A stretch of 64,000 bases of DNA from an uncultured delta proteobacterium (GTDB lineage Bacteria; Desulfobacterota; Binatia; Binatales; Binataceae): contig CAVRVY010000003.1 of the NCBI GenBank assembly GCA_963724765.1, forward strand, positions 1,344,001 to 1,408,000, in the 5' to 3' direction. The notes under the pieces were generated by a model. The model saw only the letters and a program-made list of their open reading frames with translations, searched no databases and was not told the DNA's origin. Of the stretch, positions 47,338 through 57,083 are shown one piece after another. The translations under genes were made by a program, and so were the position numbers. Numbering within the stretch: the first letter of the stretch is position 1; each line of letters starts with the position of its first letter.

Positions 47338-48938
47338 CTGCGCGCGCTCCCTGTTTCCGGCGTCAGCGAGACGGTGGCGAGCGAGCGCAAGCTGCCGCTG
47401 GGAAAGGGCGTGAAACCCTTGACGCGGCGATTCATCACTACCACGTTGTCGATCCACCACAATGACACGTATGGCAGGTCGGTGGCGGCGATCTGCTGCA
47501 CCTGCGCATAGATCTCGCGGCGCGCGCCGGGGTCGAGCGTCACCTCGGCCTGCTCCAGCAGACGGTCCATCGCGGGGTTCGAGTAGCCACCGCGGTTGGA
47601 GCCGTTGGGCGGAGTCATTTTGGAATCGAACACCATTGAGTACTGATGCGTCAGGTCGGTCGCGACCCAGTCGAGCGAGGTCAAATCGAAATTGCCTTTC
47701 TGGATATCGCTGTAAAATGTCGCGAACTCATTAGTCCTGATATCGAGTGTGATTCCGATCCGCCGCAGCATCGCCTGCATCGCTTCGCCAAGCCGCCGTC
47801 CCTCGGGCGTGGTCTTGTAGACGAACTTCAGGTCGCGCACCCCCGTCGGTCCGATTGGATAGCCGGCCTCGTCTAGCAGCTTGGAAGCCTTGAACGGATC
47901 ATACGGATAGCGCTGCACGCTGCCGTTGTAAGCCCAATTCTCGGGCGCGAGCATCCCGCTCGCCACCCGTCCGGTGCCTTTGTATAGCGAGCCGATGATT
48001 GCCTCGCGGTTGATTGCATAGGCAATCGCCTGGCGCACGCGAAGGTCGCGCAAATGCGGATCGCGGAAGTTAAACTCCAAATAGTAATATTCGCTGCCCG
48101 GCGACTGATCGATTATCAGCTCGGGCCGCATCCCGAGATAGCCGAGCAGGTCGGGTTGAATATTGTTCTCGGCCAGGTCGCAGATGCCCTCGGCCAGTTC
48201 CAACGCGCGGACCGTCGGATCGGGCACCACCCTGAACACGATTCCGGGAACGTCGCCCGGCGCGTGCGTGCGGGCCGGGTTGCGCGTCAGCACTAGCGCC
48301 TCGTCGCGCGAGAAGCTCGCGATCTCGAAAGCGCCGCTGGCGGCCGGCCATCGCTGGGCGCCCTTGCCGGGCAAAGGCGTCCCCTCAGGCACCACGCCCA
48401 TGGTCGCCATCTCCAGCGCCGGCGCGTACGGCCCCTTGGTTGTCATCACGATCGTGGTGTCGTTGGGCGCGGCGATCGCGGCGAGCTGCCGCAGGCCGAT
48501 ACGCTTGGGCGAGATGCTGGCGGGATCAAGAATCGAATCGTATGTATATTTGACGTCGCGAGCGGTGAGCGGCCGCCCGTCGCTGAAGCGCAGGCCGCGG
48601 CGCAGATGGAAAACCAGCGTGGTCGGCGATGGCCGCTCGAAACTTTCGGCCAGGTTGCCGAAAAATTGTCCATGCGCATCGAGCCTGACCAGCGCATCGA
48701 AGACCAGTTCGCCGGTGCGCGAGGAAATCGCGTCGGTCGCAAACCGCGGGTCGAGCGCAATGGGCGAGGTTTCAAGATCAACCTGGAGATAGCCCGATGG
48801 AACCGCCAGCGCCGCGCGATGGCGGCGGCCAACCGTCCAGACGAAGGCGGCCGCGACGAGCGCAATCACCACGGCCACACGGCCAAGAGCGAAGATCGCA
48901 CCCGGCCAGGATGCCTGCCTGCTCGTCGTCTCGCTCAT
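47334..48938 (-). CDS. ABC transporter substrate-binding protein family 5 (DppA/OppA-like)
   Basis: FHLRRGLRFSDG.PLTARDV, VRQAIAYAINR, YDPFKA..LLDEAG. Start chosen at ATG 48938. Confidence 0.93.
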   Translation of the reverse strand: MSETTSRQASWPGAIFALGRVAVVIALVAAAFVWTVGRRHRAALAVPSGYLQVDLETSPIALDPRFATDAISSRTGELVFDALVRLDAHGQFFGNLAESFERPSPTTLVFHLRRGLRFSDGRPLTARDVKYTYDSILDPASISPKRIGLRQLAAIAAPNDTTIVMTTKGPYAPALEMATMGVVPEGTPLPGKGAQRWPAASGAFEIASFSRDEALVLTRNPARTHAPGDVPGIVFRVVPDPTVRALELAEGICDLAENNIQPDLLGYLGMRPELIIDQSPGSEYYYLEFNFRDPHLRDLRVRQAIAYAINREAIIGSLYKGTGRVASGMLAPENWAYNGSVQRYPYDPFKASKLLDEAGYPIGPTGVRDLKFVYKTTPEGRRLGEAMQAMLRRIGITLDIRTNEFATFYSDIQKGNFDLTSLDWVATDLTHQYSMVFDSKMTPPNGSNRGGYSNPAMDRLLEQAEVTLDPGARREIYAQVQQIAATDLPYVSLWWIDNVVVMNRRVKGFTPFPSGSLRSLATVSLTPETGSARR

Positions 48939-49030
48939 CGGGTGCGCCGTGATAATAGCACAAGCGCGGCGCGCGTCAGCCGGCGGCGATAGGAGAATGC
49001 GTCGCGGTAGAATATTCGGAGGATACGCAT

Positions 49031-49555
49031 ATGGATCAGGGATGGCGCTCCGCAATCGTGCTGCGCAAGGGCGACCTGACCGAAGCGCCGGTCGACGCGA
49101 TCGTCAACGCGGCCAATAACGATCTGATCCTGGGCGGCGGCGTGGCCGGTGCGATCCGCGCCAAGGGCGGGCCGTCGATCCAGGCCGAATGCGACAAGCT
49201 CGGACCGATCCCGATCGGCGAGGCGGCGTTAACCGGGGCCGGCAAGCTGCCGGCGCGCTACGTTATCCACGCGGCCTCGATGCGGCTTGGCGGGCGCACG
49301 AGCGAGGCGGCGCTGCGCGACGCGACGCGCAATTCGCTGAAGCGCGCGGCCGAACACGGGCTCCAGTCGGTCGCCTTCCCGGCGATCGGCACCGGGATTG
49401 CCGGTTTTCCGATCGAGCGATGCGCCATGGTGATGCTGGAGGAGATTCGCGACCATCTGCGTGGGACGACGGCGCTTGAACGGGTCGAGTTGGTGTTGTT
49501 CGACGAGCGTGGGCTCGGCGCCTTCCAGGACGCGCTCGCAAAGATGGCCGACTAG
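49031..49555 (+). CDS. Macrodomain protein (YmdB-like ADP-ribose hydrolase)
   Basis: [31 protein letters not shown]. Confidence 0.94.
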   Translation: MDQGWRSAIVLRKGDLTEAPVDAIVNAANNDLILGGGVAGAIRAKGGPSIQAECDKLGPIPIGEAALTGAGKLPARYVIHAASMRLGGRTSEAALRDATRNSLKRAAEHGLQSVAFPAIGTGIAGFPIERCAMVMLEEIRDHLRGTTALERVELVLFDERGLGAFQDALAKMAD

Positions 49556-49566
49556 GGCATTTTCGC

Positions 49567-51168
49567 CTAGTGCGCGGCGGCGGAGCCGCCCGCGCTGTGG
49601 CCTCTGCGCAGGAACAGAAAGCCCGGGATCATCAGTGCCATCACCACCGCGAGGATCCGGTAGATGTCGTTGAAGGAGAGGATCGCGGCCTGCGCCTGTA
49701 TCGCGTTGTAGATAATGCCGAACGACTGATGCTGTCCGCCTATCATTTGCGGCAGGTAGTGGAAGGACGGCGCGCCCGGCATGCGCGGCGCGCGCTCACT
49801 GAGCTTCCACGCGTCGAAGACCGAGAGATGCTCGGCCAGGCGCGACTGATGAATCTGTTCGTGGTCGACCAGCATCGTGGTCATGTAGGCGATTCCGATC
49901 GCGGCGCCCGTGTTGCGCATCATGTTGTAGAGGCTCGCGGCGTAGCCGATTTTCTCGCGTGCCACGACCGACAGCGAGCTCGCCGAGAGCGTTGGAAAGA
50001 TCATTCCCATGCCGAGACCCATCACCACGCTCGGGATGACGACGACCCACAGGCTGACCTGGAGATTCCAGCCGGACATTGTCCACAGACCGACCGTCAT
50101 CAGGATGAAGCCCACGCCGACCAGCGAGCGCGTGTCGAAGCCCCGGCGCGCAATCTGCCCGACCACCACCATCGACAGCATCGTCGCAAGCCCGCGCGGG
50201 GCCAGCACCAGCCCGGCCTTCCAGGCCGTGTAGCCCATGAACTCCTGCAGGAATATCGGCATCAGCAGGCCGGTGCCGTAGAGCACCGAACTCATCGCGA
50301 CAATCAATAGCAGCCCGACGCTGAAGACCTTTATCTTGAGAATCCGCAGATCGAGAATCGGGTCGGCGATGCGCAGCTCGTTGATCGCGAGAATGATCAG
50401 GGCAGCTGCGCTCAGCAGGCTGGTCCATACCACCCAGGACGAGGCGAACCAGTCGGCGCGCTGGCCGCGGTCGAGCACGATTTGCATCGCGCCCAGCCCC
50501 ACCACCAGGCAGGCGATGCCCACGTAGTCGACCCTGGCGCCGCGCGCCCGATGCTGACGCAGGAAGGCGGGATCCTGTACGAACGCCGAGACCATCAGGA
50601 AGGCGACGATTCCGATCGGCACGTTGATATAGAAATTCCAGCGCCAGTTCCAGTTGTCGGTGATCCAGCCGCCCAGCGTCGGTCCCATGATCGGCGCGAC
50701 CATCAGGCCCACGCCCCACGTCGCCATCGCGAGCTGCTGCTCGGCCGGCGGAAATGTCTCCATCAGGATGGCCTGCGACGACGGCACCATCGCGGCCCCC
50801 GCCGCACCCTGGATCAGTCTGAAGACCACCATCTGGTCGAGCGATGCGGCCGCGCCGCATAGCGCCGAGGCGACCACGAAAACCGATACCGACATTAGGA
50901 AGTAGCGTTTGCGGCCAAAGCGCGACGAGATCCATCCGGTCATCGGGATCATGATGCCGTTGGCGACCAGGTAGCTGGTCAGCACCCACGCGATCTCGTC
51001 GACGCTGGCCGAAAAGCTGCCTTGCATGTGCGGCAGCGAGACGTTGACGATCGAGGTATCGAGCACCTCGAGTGTGGTGCCTAGCATCACGGCCAGCGCG
51101 ACCAGCCATTTGTACGAGGGTGTAGCCGGCTCGGCGTGCGCCGAGCCAATCGGTACTGCGGCTTCCAT
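49567..51168 (-). CDS. DHA2 (EmrB/QacA-like) MFS efflux transporter
   Basis: EVLDTSIVNVSLP, WVLTSYL, RFGRKR, GPTLGGWITDNWNWRW.FYINVPIG. Confidence 0.95.
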   Translation of the reverse strand: MEAAVPIGSAHAEPATPSYKWLVALAVMLGTTLEVLDTSIVNVSLPHMQGSFSASVDEIAWVLTSYLVANGIMIPMTGWISSRFGRKRYFLMSVSVFVVASALCGAAASLDQMVVFRLIQGAAGAAMVPSSQAILMETFPPAEQQLAMATWGVGLMVAPIMGPTLGGWITDNWNWRWNFYINVPIGIVAFLMVSAFVQDPAFLRQHRARGARVDYVGIACLVVGLGAMQIVLDRGQRADWFASSWVVWTSLLSAAALIILAINELRIADPILDLRILKIKVFSVGLLLIVAMSSVLYGTGLLMPIFLQEFMGYTAWKAGLVLAPRGLATMLSMVVVGQIARRGFDTRSLVGVGFILMTVGLWTMSGWNLQVSLWVVVIPSVVMGLGMGMIFPTLSASSLSVVAREKIGYAASLYNMMRNTGAAIGIAYMTTMLVDHEQIHQSRLAEHLSVFDAWKLSERAPRMPGAPSFHYLPQMIGGQHQSFGIIYNAIQAQAAILSFNDIYRILAVVMALMIPGFLFLRRGHSAGGSAAAH

Positions 51169-51177
51169 CCGACGGCG

Positions 51178-52794
51178 TTATTCAGCGTGCGCGGTCATGA
51201 CCTGGGCCTGACTCTCGGTCTGCGACGGCGCGCGTTTGAGCCAGAGAAACGCCGGCACCATCAAGAGCATCAACACGGCTAGGATCCTGTAGAGGTCATC
51301 GAACGACAGAATTGCGGCTTGCGACATCACCATTCCGTACACTATGCCGAGGCCCTGCTTCTGGCCGGTCACCAATTGTCCCATGAAATGAAACGGCGGA
51401 CTGCCCGGCATCAGCGAGCCTCGCTGGCTCAGGCGCCACGCATCGAACACCGATAGATGTTCGACCAATCTCGATTGATGCACCTGCTCGTAGCTTACCA
51501 GCATGTTGGTAAGATACGAGATCCCCATCGCGGCCCCGGTATTGCGCATCAGGTTGAACAGGCTCGCCGCATCGCCCATCCGCTCGCGCCGCAATCCTGA
51601 AAACCCCACCGCCGCGAGCACCGGGAACAGCATCCCCAGGCCGCTGCCCAGCACGATGCTGTCGAGCGCGACGACGTGCGCGCTTACGTCGAGGCTCCAT
51701 TGGCTCATCAACCAGAGCCCAATCGCGGCGAGCAGGAAGCCCAGTCCGATCATCGGGCGCGTATCGACTCGCAGCCGCGCCACTTGCCCCACTGCGAACA
51801 TCGAGAACATCGCGGACATCGCCCGCGGCACCATCAGCAGCCCCGCCCGCCACGCCGTGTAACCCATCAGCTCCTGCAGAAAGATCGGCATGAGCAGGCC
51901 CGTGCCCCACAGCGTCGCGCTCATCACCACCATCAATAGAACCGTCAGCGAGAAGACCCGGTCCTTTAGGATCCGCAGGTCGATGATCGGCTGAGGAAAC
52001 AGCAGTTCATTGACCACCAGCGTGAGCAGCGCGAGCGCCGCGCACGCGGTCGCCACGACCACCCAGGTCGAGGCGAACCAGTCGGCGCGCTGGCCGCGAT
52101 CGAGCACGATTTGCGTGAGTCCCAGGCCGACCACCAGGCACGCGATGCCGACGTAGTCGACACGCCCGCCCCTCGATCGGCGCTGGCTCAGGTAGGCCGG
52201 ATCGTGCACGAACGCGTAGACCATCAGCAGGGCGACGATCCCGATCGGGACGTTGATGTAGAAATTCCAGCGCCAGTTCCAGTTGTCGGTGATCCAGCCG
52301 CCCAGCGTTGGCCCGAGGATCGGCGCTATCATCAGGCCGATACCCCACGTCGCCATCGCCATCTGCTGCTCTTCGGGCGCAAAGGTCTCCATCAGGATGG
52401 CCTGCGAGGACGGAATCATGGCCGCGCCCGCCGCGCCCTGGGCAAGCCGGAACAGCACCATCTGCCCCAGCGAGCGCGCCGCGCCGCACGCCGCAGAGGT
52501 GGCCACGAAGGCCGCCACTGAGGTCAGGAAATAGCGCTTGCGGCCGAAGCGCGAGGAAATCCATCCGGTCATCGGAATCATGATCCCGTTGGCGACCAGG
52601 TAGCTGGTGACCACCCAGGCGATTTCGTCGACGCTGGCCGAGAAGCTGCCCTGCATGTGTGGCAGTGAGACGTTGACGATCGAAGTGTCGAGCACCTCGA
52701 GCACGGTGCCCAACATCACCGCGATTGCGACCAGCCACTTGTGTCCTGCGGCCGGGCGTTCGTCGGCGACCGGAATCGGGGTTGCGCTTGCCAT
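51178..52794 (-). CDS. DHA2 (EmrB/QacA-like) MFS efflux transporter, paralogue of the neighbouring gene
   Basis: Same motifs; N-terminal half nearly identical to 49567..51168. Confidence 0.95.
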   Translation of the reverse strand: MASATPIPVADERPAAGHKWLVAIAVMLGTVLEVLDTSIVNVSLPHMQGSFSASVDEIAWVVTSYLVANGIMIPMTGWISSRFGRKRYFLTSVAAFVATSAACGAARSLGQMVLFRLAQGAAGAAMIPSSQAILMETFAPEEQQMAMATWGIGLMIAPILGPTLGGWITDNWNWRWNFYINVPIGIVALLMVYAFVHDPAYLSQRRSRGGRVDYVGIACLVVGLGLTQIVLDRGQRADWFASTWVVVATACAALALLTLVVNELLFPQPIIDLRILKDRVFSLTVLLMVVMSATLWGTGLLMPIFLQELMGYTAWRAGLLMVPRAMSAMFSMFAVGQVARLRVDTRPMIGLGFLLAAIGLWLMSQWSLDVSAHVVALDSIVLGSGLGMLFPVLAAVGFSGLRRERMGDAASLFNLMRNTGAAMGISYLTNMLVSYEQVHQSRLVEHLSVFDAWRLSQRGSLMPGSPPFHFMGQLVTGQKQGLGIVYGMVMSQAAILSFDDLYRILAVLMLLMVPAFLWLKRAPSQTESQAQVMTAHAE

Positions 52795-53049
52795 GCAAGA
52801 CTACCCGGCCGCGAGCCACTTCCAGGCGGCTGCGCCACGCGCAAGTGAGATCACGACGGTGCCTGTCTCCCCCATCGACGGCCCTGTTCTCCCCCAAGGG
52901 CCACAACTATGCCCCAGCGGTCACGACTTGAAAAGGCGCCGGCGCTCATCGCGCTTTTCCACAACTTCGCCCACGGCACAACGCATAGCTGTGAAGCGAT
53001 GGAGCTACGCGATGCTGACAATCGCACGTGCGCGGCATACGCTCTGATT

Positions 53050-54648
53050 ATGCGTCTGGCCGCGATCGACGTCGGTTCGAATTCGGTCCACATGGTGATC
53101 GCGGACGTGCGGCGTGACGGACACTTCGAGGTCATCGACCGCGTCAAGGAGATGGTGCGACTGGGACGCAATATGTTCACCAGCGGCAAGCTGGCGCGCG
53201 AGCCGATGGAACTGGCGGTGCGCGCGCTCAAGAATTTCGCGCGCCTGGCCAAGGTGCGCCGGGTCGATCGGATTCGCGCGGTCGCGACCAGCGCCGTGCG
53301 CGAGGCGCAAAATCGCGAAGTCTTCATCTCGCGCATCCGGCGCGAGACCGGTCTCAAAGTCGAAGTCATCTCAGGCGCCGAAGAGGCGCAGTTCATTTTC
53401 AGCGCCGCGCGTCACGCGCTCGGCCTCGAGGGCGGGCCCTACCTGCTGATCGACGTCGGCGGCGGGAGCGTCGAGCTGGTGCTGGTGCGCGACGGCGAGG
53501 CGCTATGGATGGAGAGTCTGCCGCTGGGCGTCGCGCGGCTGACCGAACGGTTCCTCACTTCCGACCCGCCCGACCCGGCCGACGTGCGCAGGCTCGAAGA
53601 CCATCTGCATCGCAAGCTCGATACGCTGCTGCGCAAGACGCGGCGCGCCGAAGTGGTGCAGGCGATTGGCACCTCCGGAACCATAAATGCGCTGGTCGCG
53701 ATGGCGCGGGTGGCGCGCGACGGCGAGCAGGATCGGCTCCACGGCCTGAGTATCCCCGCCACCGACGTCACCTGGCTGCGCAACCGCCTGCTCAAGCTCT
53801 CCGCCGATGAGCGCGCCGAACTCCCGGGCGCGGACCCCAAGCGCGCTGACCTGATGCCGGCGGCCGTAGTGCTGGCGGACTTCGTGCTGGAGCACGCGGG
53901 CGCGCGGGAACTGGTCGCCTGCACCTGGGCGCTGCGCGAGGGAATCCTGCTGAGCATGGTCAACGCGGGCGCGCGGGACCGCGGTTCGATCGAGGCGCGC
54001 CGACGCTCGGTAAGTGCGCTGGCGCGGCGTTTCGGCGCGCTCAACGGACATGGGCCGCAGGTGGCGCGCCTGGCGCTCAAGATTTTCGACGCGGCCGCGC
54101 CGGCGCTCAAAGCCGGCCCGCAGGCGCGCGAACTTCTGGAACACGCCGCGCTGCTGCACGATATCGGCCGCGTCATCGACCACGATCGCCATAACCGTCA
54201 CACCTACTACCTGGTCAAGAACGCCGAGCTGTTGGGCTTCGAGCCGCTCGAGATCGAGATCATCGCGCAGGCCGCGCGCGGCCATCGCAAGCCCTCGGCA
54301 CGGCTCGACTCGCCGGAGTTTCGCGAGCTGAGCCCTGCAAAACGCCATTTGGTCCGCTCCATAGCGGCGGTTCTGCGGTTGGCCGATGCGCTGGACCGAA
54401 GTCACTTCAGTGTGGTTAAAGATATACACATCAGACGTTCACCAGACCGATTCACCATCGCAGTCGATGCTGCCGGTGGGCAGGCAGACCTTGAGCTATG
54501 GACTTGCGAGAGAAGATCGGACCTGCTGTCGAGGCTGCTGAGCCGTCAGATAACGGTCAAGCGCCGGGCTCCGCGGGCAACGGTCAGGCGCCGGGCACAG
54601 CGGCCGACGGGCCGGCCGCGGCGGGCGGCGGCGCGGGGCGGACGGTAA
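53050..54648 (+). CDS. ppx: Ppx/GppA exopolyphosphatase with HD domain
   Basis: AAIDVGSNSVH, ATSAVREA, DVGGGSVE, LREG, LLHDIG, LADALD. Start chosen at ATG 53050. Confidence 0.94.
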   Translation: MRLAAIDVGSNSVHMVIADVRRDGHFEVIDRVKEMVRLGRNMFTSGKLAREPMELAVRALKNFARLAKVRRVDRIRAVATSAVREAQNREVFISRIRRETGLKVEVISGAEEAQFIFSAARHALGLEGGPYLLIDVGGGSVELVLVRDGEALWMESLPLGVARLTERFLTSDPPDPADVRRLEDHLHRKLDTLLRKTRRAEVVQAIGTSGTINALVAMARVARDGEQDRLHGLSIPATDVTWLRNRLLKLSADERAELPGADPKRADLMPAAVVLADFVLEHAGARELVACTWALREGILLSMVNAGARDRGSIEARRRSVSALARRFGALNGHGPQVARLALKIFDAAAPALKAGPQARELLEHAALLHDIGRVIDHDRHNRHTYYLVKNAELLGFEPLEIEIIAQAARGHRKPSARLDSPEFRELSPAKRHLVRSIAAVLRLADALDRSHFSVVKDIHIRRSPDRFTIAVDAAGGQADLELWTCERRSDLLSRLLSRQITVKRRAPRATVRRRAQRPTGRPRRAAARGGR

Positions 54649-55373
54649 AGGGGCATCGGCGCACCCTGCTTAGCTCGCCCCATCCGTACCCGGGCCGGCT
54701 GATCGCGGTCGAGGGGATCGACGGTTCGGGCAAGTCGACTCAGGTGAAACTGCTGGAGCGCTGGCTGCGCGCGCGCGGCTACCCGGTGCATTTCACCGAA
54801 TGGAACTCCTCGCGCCTGGTGCGCAACTCGATGCGTCGCGGCAAGCGGCGCAACCTGCTCACGCCGAGCACCTTCAGCCTGCTGCACGCGGTCGACTTTG
54901 CCGACCGCTTCATCTATCAGATCCTGCCGCCCCTGCGTGCCGGGATGATCGTGCTGGCCGACCGTTACGTTTACACCGCGTTTGCGCGCGACGTGGCCCG
55001 CGGCGTGCATCCTGACTGGGTACGCGGAGTCTATCGCTTCGCGCCGCGCCCCGACCTCACGTTCTTTTTCCGCGTGCCCATCGACGTCTCGCTCGAGCGG
55101 CTGCTGGCCGGGCGGGCCAAGCTGAAGTACTACGAGGCCGGGATGGACCTCGGGTTATCGACCGACCTGGTCGAAAGTTTCCGCCTCTTCCAGGGCCGCG
55201 TGCTGGAGATCTATGATCAGCTTGCCGAGGAGTTCGATCTCCGTGTCATCGACGCCAGCCATGACATCGCCGGCCAGCAGAAAGTCGTGCGCCGGATGAC
55301 TGGCGAAATCCTGCGTGAGTATGACCATCAGCGCGCCCGCAACCACCATGGCAACTCGACCATCGCACGCTAA
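54498..55373 (+). CDS. Thymidylate-kinase-like P-loop protein 1
   Basis: IAVEGIDGSGKSTQ, LADRYVYTAFARD, PDLTFFF. Start uncertain; ATG 54498 lies inside ppx. Confidence 0.88.
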   Translation: MDLREKIGPAVEAAEPSDNGQAPGSAGNGQAPGTAADGPAAAGGGAGRTVKGHRRTLLSSPHPYPGRLIAVEGIDGSGKSTQVKLLERWLRARGYPVHFTEWNSSRLVRNSMRRGKRRNLLTPSTFSLLHAVDFADRFIYQILPPLRAGMIVLADRYVYTAFARDVARGVHPDWVRGVYRFAPRPDLTFFFRVPIDVSLERLLAGRAKLKYYEAGMDLGLSTDLVESFRLFQGRVLEIYDQLAEEFDLRVIDASHDIAGQQKVVRRMTGEILREYDHQRARNHHGNSTIAR

Positions 55374-56091
55374 GCGCTGGCACGGCCACGGCCTGCCCTA
55401 TCTCGACGAGAAGCCGCTGCCCGGTCATCTACTCGTGATCGAGGGCACCGACGGGGTGGGACGTTCGACCCAGGTCGAGCTTCTGCGCGGATGGCTCGAG
55501 TTGGAAGGCTACGCGGTCAGCAACACCGGATGGACCCGCTCGCCGCTGCTCTCGGCAACTATCGCCGAGGCCAAGGCCGGCCATCAGCTCACGCCGATAA
55601 CTTTCAGCCTGCTGTACGCCGCGGATTTCGCCGACCGGCTCGAACACGAGATCCTGCCCGCACTGCAGGCCGGCTTCGTCGTGATCGCCGACCGCTACAT
55701 GTACACCGCCTTTGCGCGCAACGCGGTGATGGGCGCCGACCCGGAATGGACTCACGAAGTGTTCGGGATGGCGCTGGTGCCGGACCTCGTGTTGTACCTG
55801 GAGATCGACGTCGACAGGCTGGTGCCGCGCGTGGTTCGCGGCAAAGGGATGGACTACTGGGAGTCCGGTATGCATCTGGCGCTCTCCAGCGATATCTTTG
55901 ACTCGTTTCAGAATTATCAGCGGCGCATCATCGACGAATACAATCGTCTCGCGCATGATTTCGGCTTCATCACCATCGACGCCCGCGAGTCGATCAGCAA
56001 GATTCAGAGCGAAGTGCGCGCACACGTCTCGGATTACCTGCGGCGCTCGCAGAGCGGCCTGCATCCGCAGGTGGAACCAAAGGTACAGTGA
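55348..56091 (+). CDS. Thymidylate-kinase-like P-loop protein 2 (Walker A Lys to Arg)
   Basis: VIEGTDGVGRSTQ, IADRYMYTAFARN, PDLVLYL. Confidence 0.88.
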   Translation: MATRPSHAKRWHGHGLPYLDEKPLPGHLLVIEGTDGVGRSTQVELLRGWLELEGYAVSNTGWTRSPLLSATIAEAKAGHQLTPITFSLLYAADFADRLEHEILPALQAGFVVIADRYMYTAFARNAVMGADPEWTHEVFGMALVPDLVLYLEIDVDRLVPRVVRGKGMDYWESGMHLALSSDIFDSFQNYQRRIIDEYNRLAHDFGFITIDARESISKIQSEVRAHVSDYLRRSQSGLHPQVEPKVQ

Positions 56092-57083
56092 TGACCGCCG
56101 TCAGCCGTTCACCGCGTGCGCATCCTGCCGCGCCATCGGCGGCCGATCACGCGGTCAAGGTGGCGTCGGCAGCGATAACCGCTCAGCTACGTGCGATCAC
56201 CGCCGAGCACGACAAGGCCTTAGCTGGTGACGTCGAAGCGATCCATCGGCTGCGCGTGGCGACGCGGCGCTTGCGCGCCGCTTTGCGGATGCTGCGGGAG
56301 GTCGCGCCGGACGACGAGACAGAGAGCGCCGCGGACGAACTGGGATGGCTGTGCGGCGCGATTGGCGCGGTGCGCGATTTCGACGTGCTCGCGCAGCTGC
56401 TCCAGGAGCGCGCGAAGCGCCTGGAAGCCGATTTTATTCGCGCGCTCGCGCCGCTCTCCGAGACGATCCGCTGCCAGCGCGCGATCGAGCAGGAGCGCCT
56501 GGTCACGGCGCTCGACTCCGAGCGCTGCCGCGGTCTCGTCCAGCGCCTGAGCGCAATCGCGCCCGAGCCAGCGGCCGACAGCATCACGCTCGGCGCGGTG
56601 GCGGCGCGGCTGGTACGTCCGCAACTGCGCGCGATGCTGCGCGCGGGTGCGGGACTCGACGAGGCCTCACCGCCCGAAGCCCTGCATCGCCTGCGCGTGC
56701 GCGTCAAAAAGCTGCGTTACGTTCTCGAGCCGATGCGCGCCGTCGGCGGCAAGCCGGCGCGCAGGATACTGCGGCGTCTCGAACGCATACAGGAGCGCGT
56801 CGGCATGTACCATGACGCGGTGACCGCGGTCGCATGGCTGCGCGGATGGGCCGACGAATCGCACCACGCGCCGGCCGCGGCCCTGATGGCGGTTGGCGCG
56901 CTGATTCATTCGCTCGAACGCCGCATCCGCCGCCTGCGCGCGCGCAGTCTCAAGGCCTGGCGCCACGCGGAGATAGACGAACTCGCCCGCACCGTGCTCC
57001 AGGAACTCAACGATGCGGCCGCCCAGGCGAGACGCGCAGCCAAGCCGCCGCTCGCCTTGGTCCCGATGGTAAGTGCATCGTGA
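56088..57083 (+). CDS. CHAD domain (polyphosphate-binding) protein
   Basis: IHRLRVATRRLRA, GAVRDFDV, LHRLRVRVKKLRY, Q...G..HD; GTGA overlap with the upstream stop. Confidence 0.93.
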   Translation: MMTAVSRSPRAHPAAPSAADHAVKVASAAITAQLRAITAEHDKALAGDVEAIHRLRVATRRLRAALRMLREVAPDDETESAADELGWLCGAIGAVRDFDVLAQLLQERAKRLEADFIRALAPLSETIRCQRAIEQERLVTALDSERCRGLVQRLSAIAPEPAADSITLGAVAARLVRPQLRAMLRAGAGLDEASPPEALHRLRVRVKKLRYVLEPMRAVGGKPARRILRRLERIQERVGMYHDAVTAVAWLRGWADESHHAPAAALMAVGALIHSLERRIRRLRARSLKAWRHAEIDELARTVLQELNDAAAQARRAAKPPLALVPMVSAS

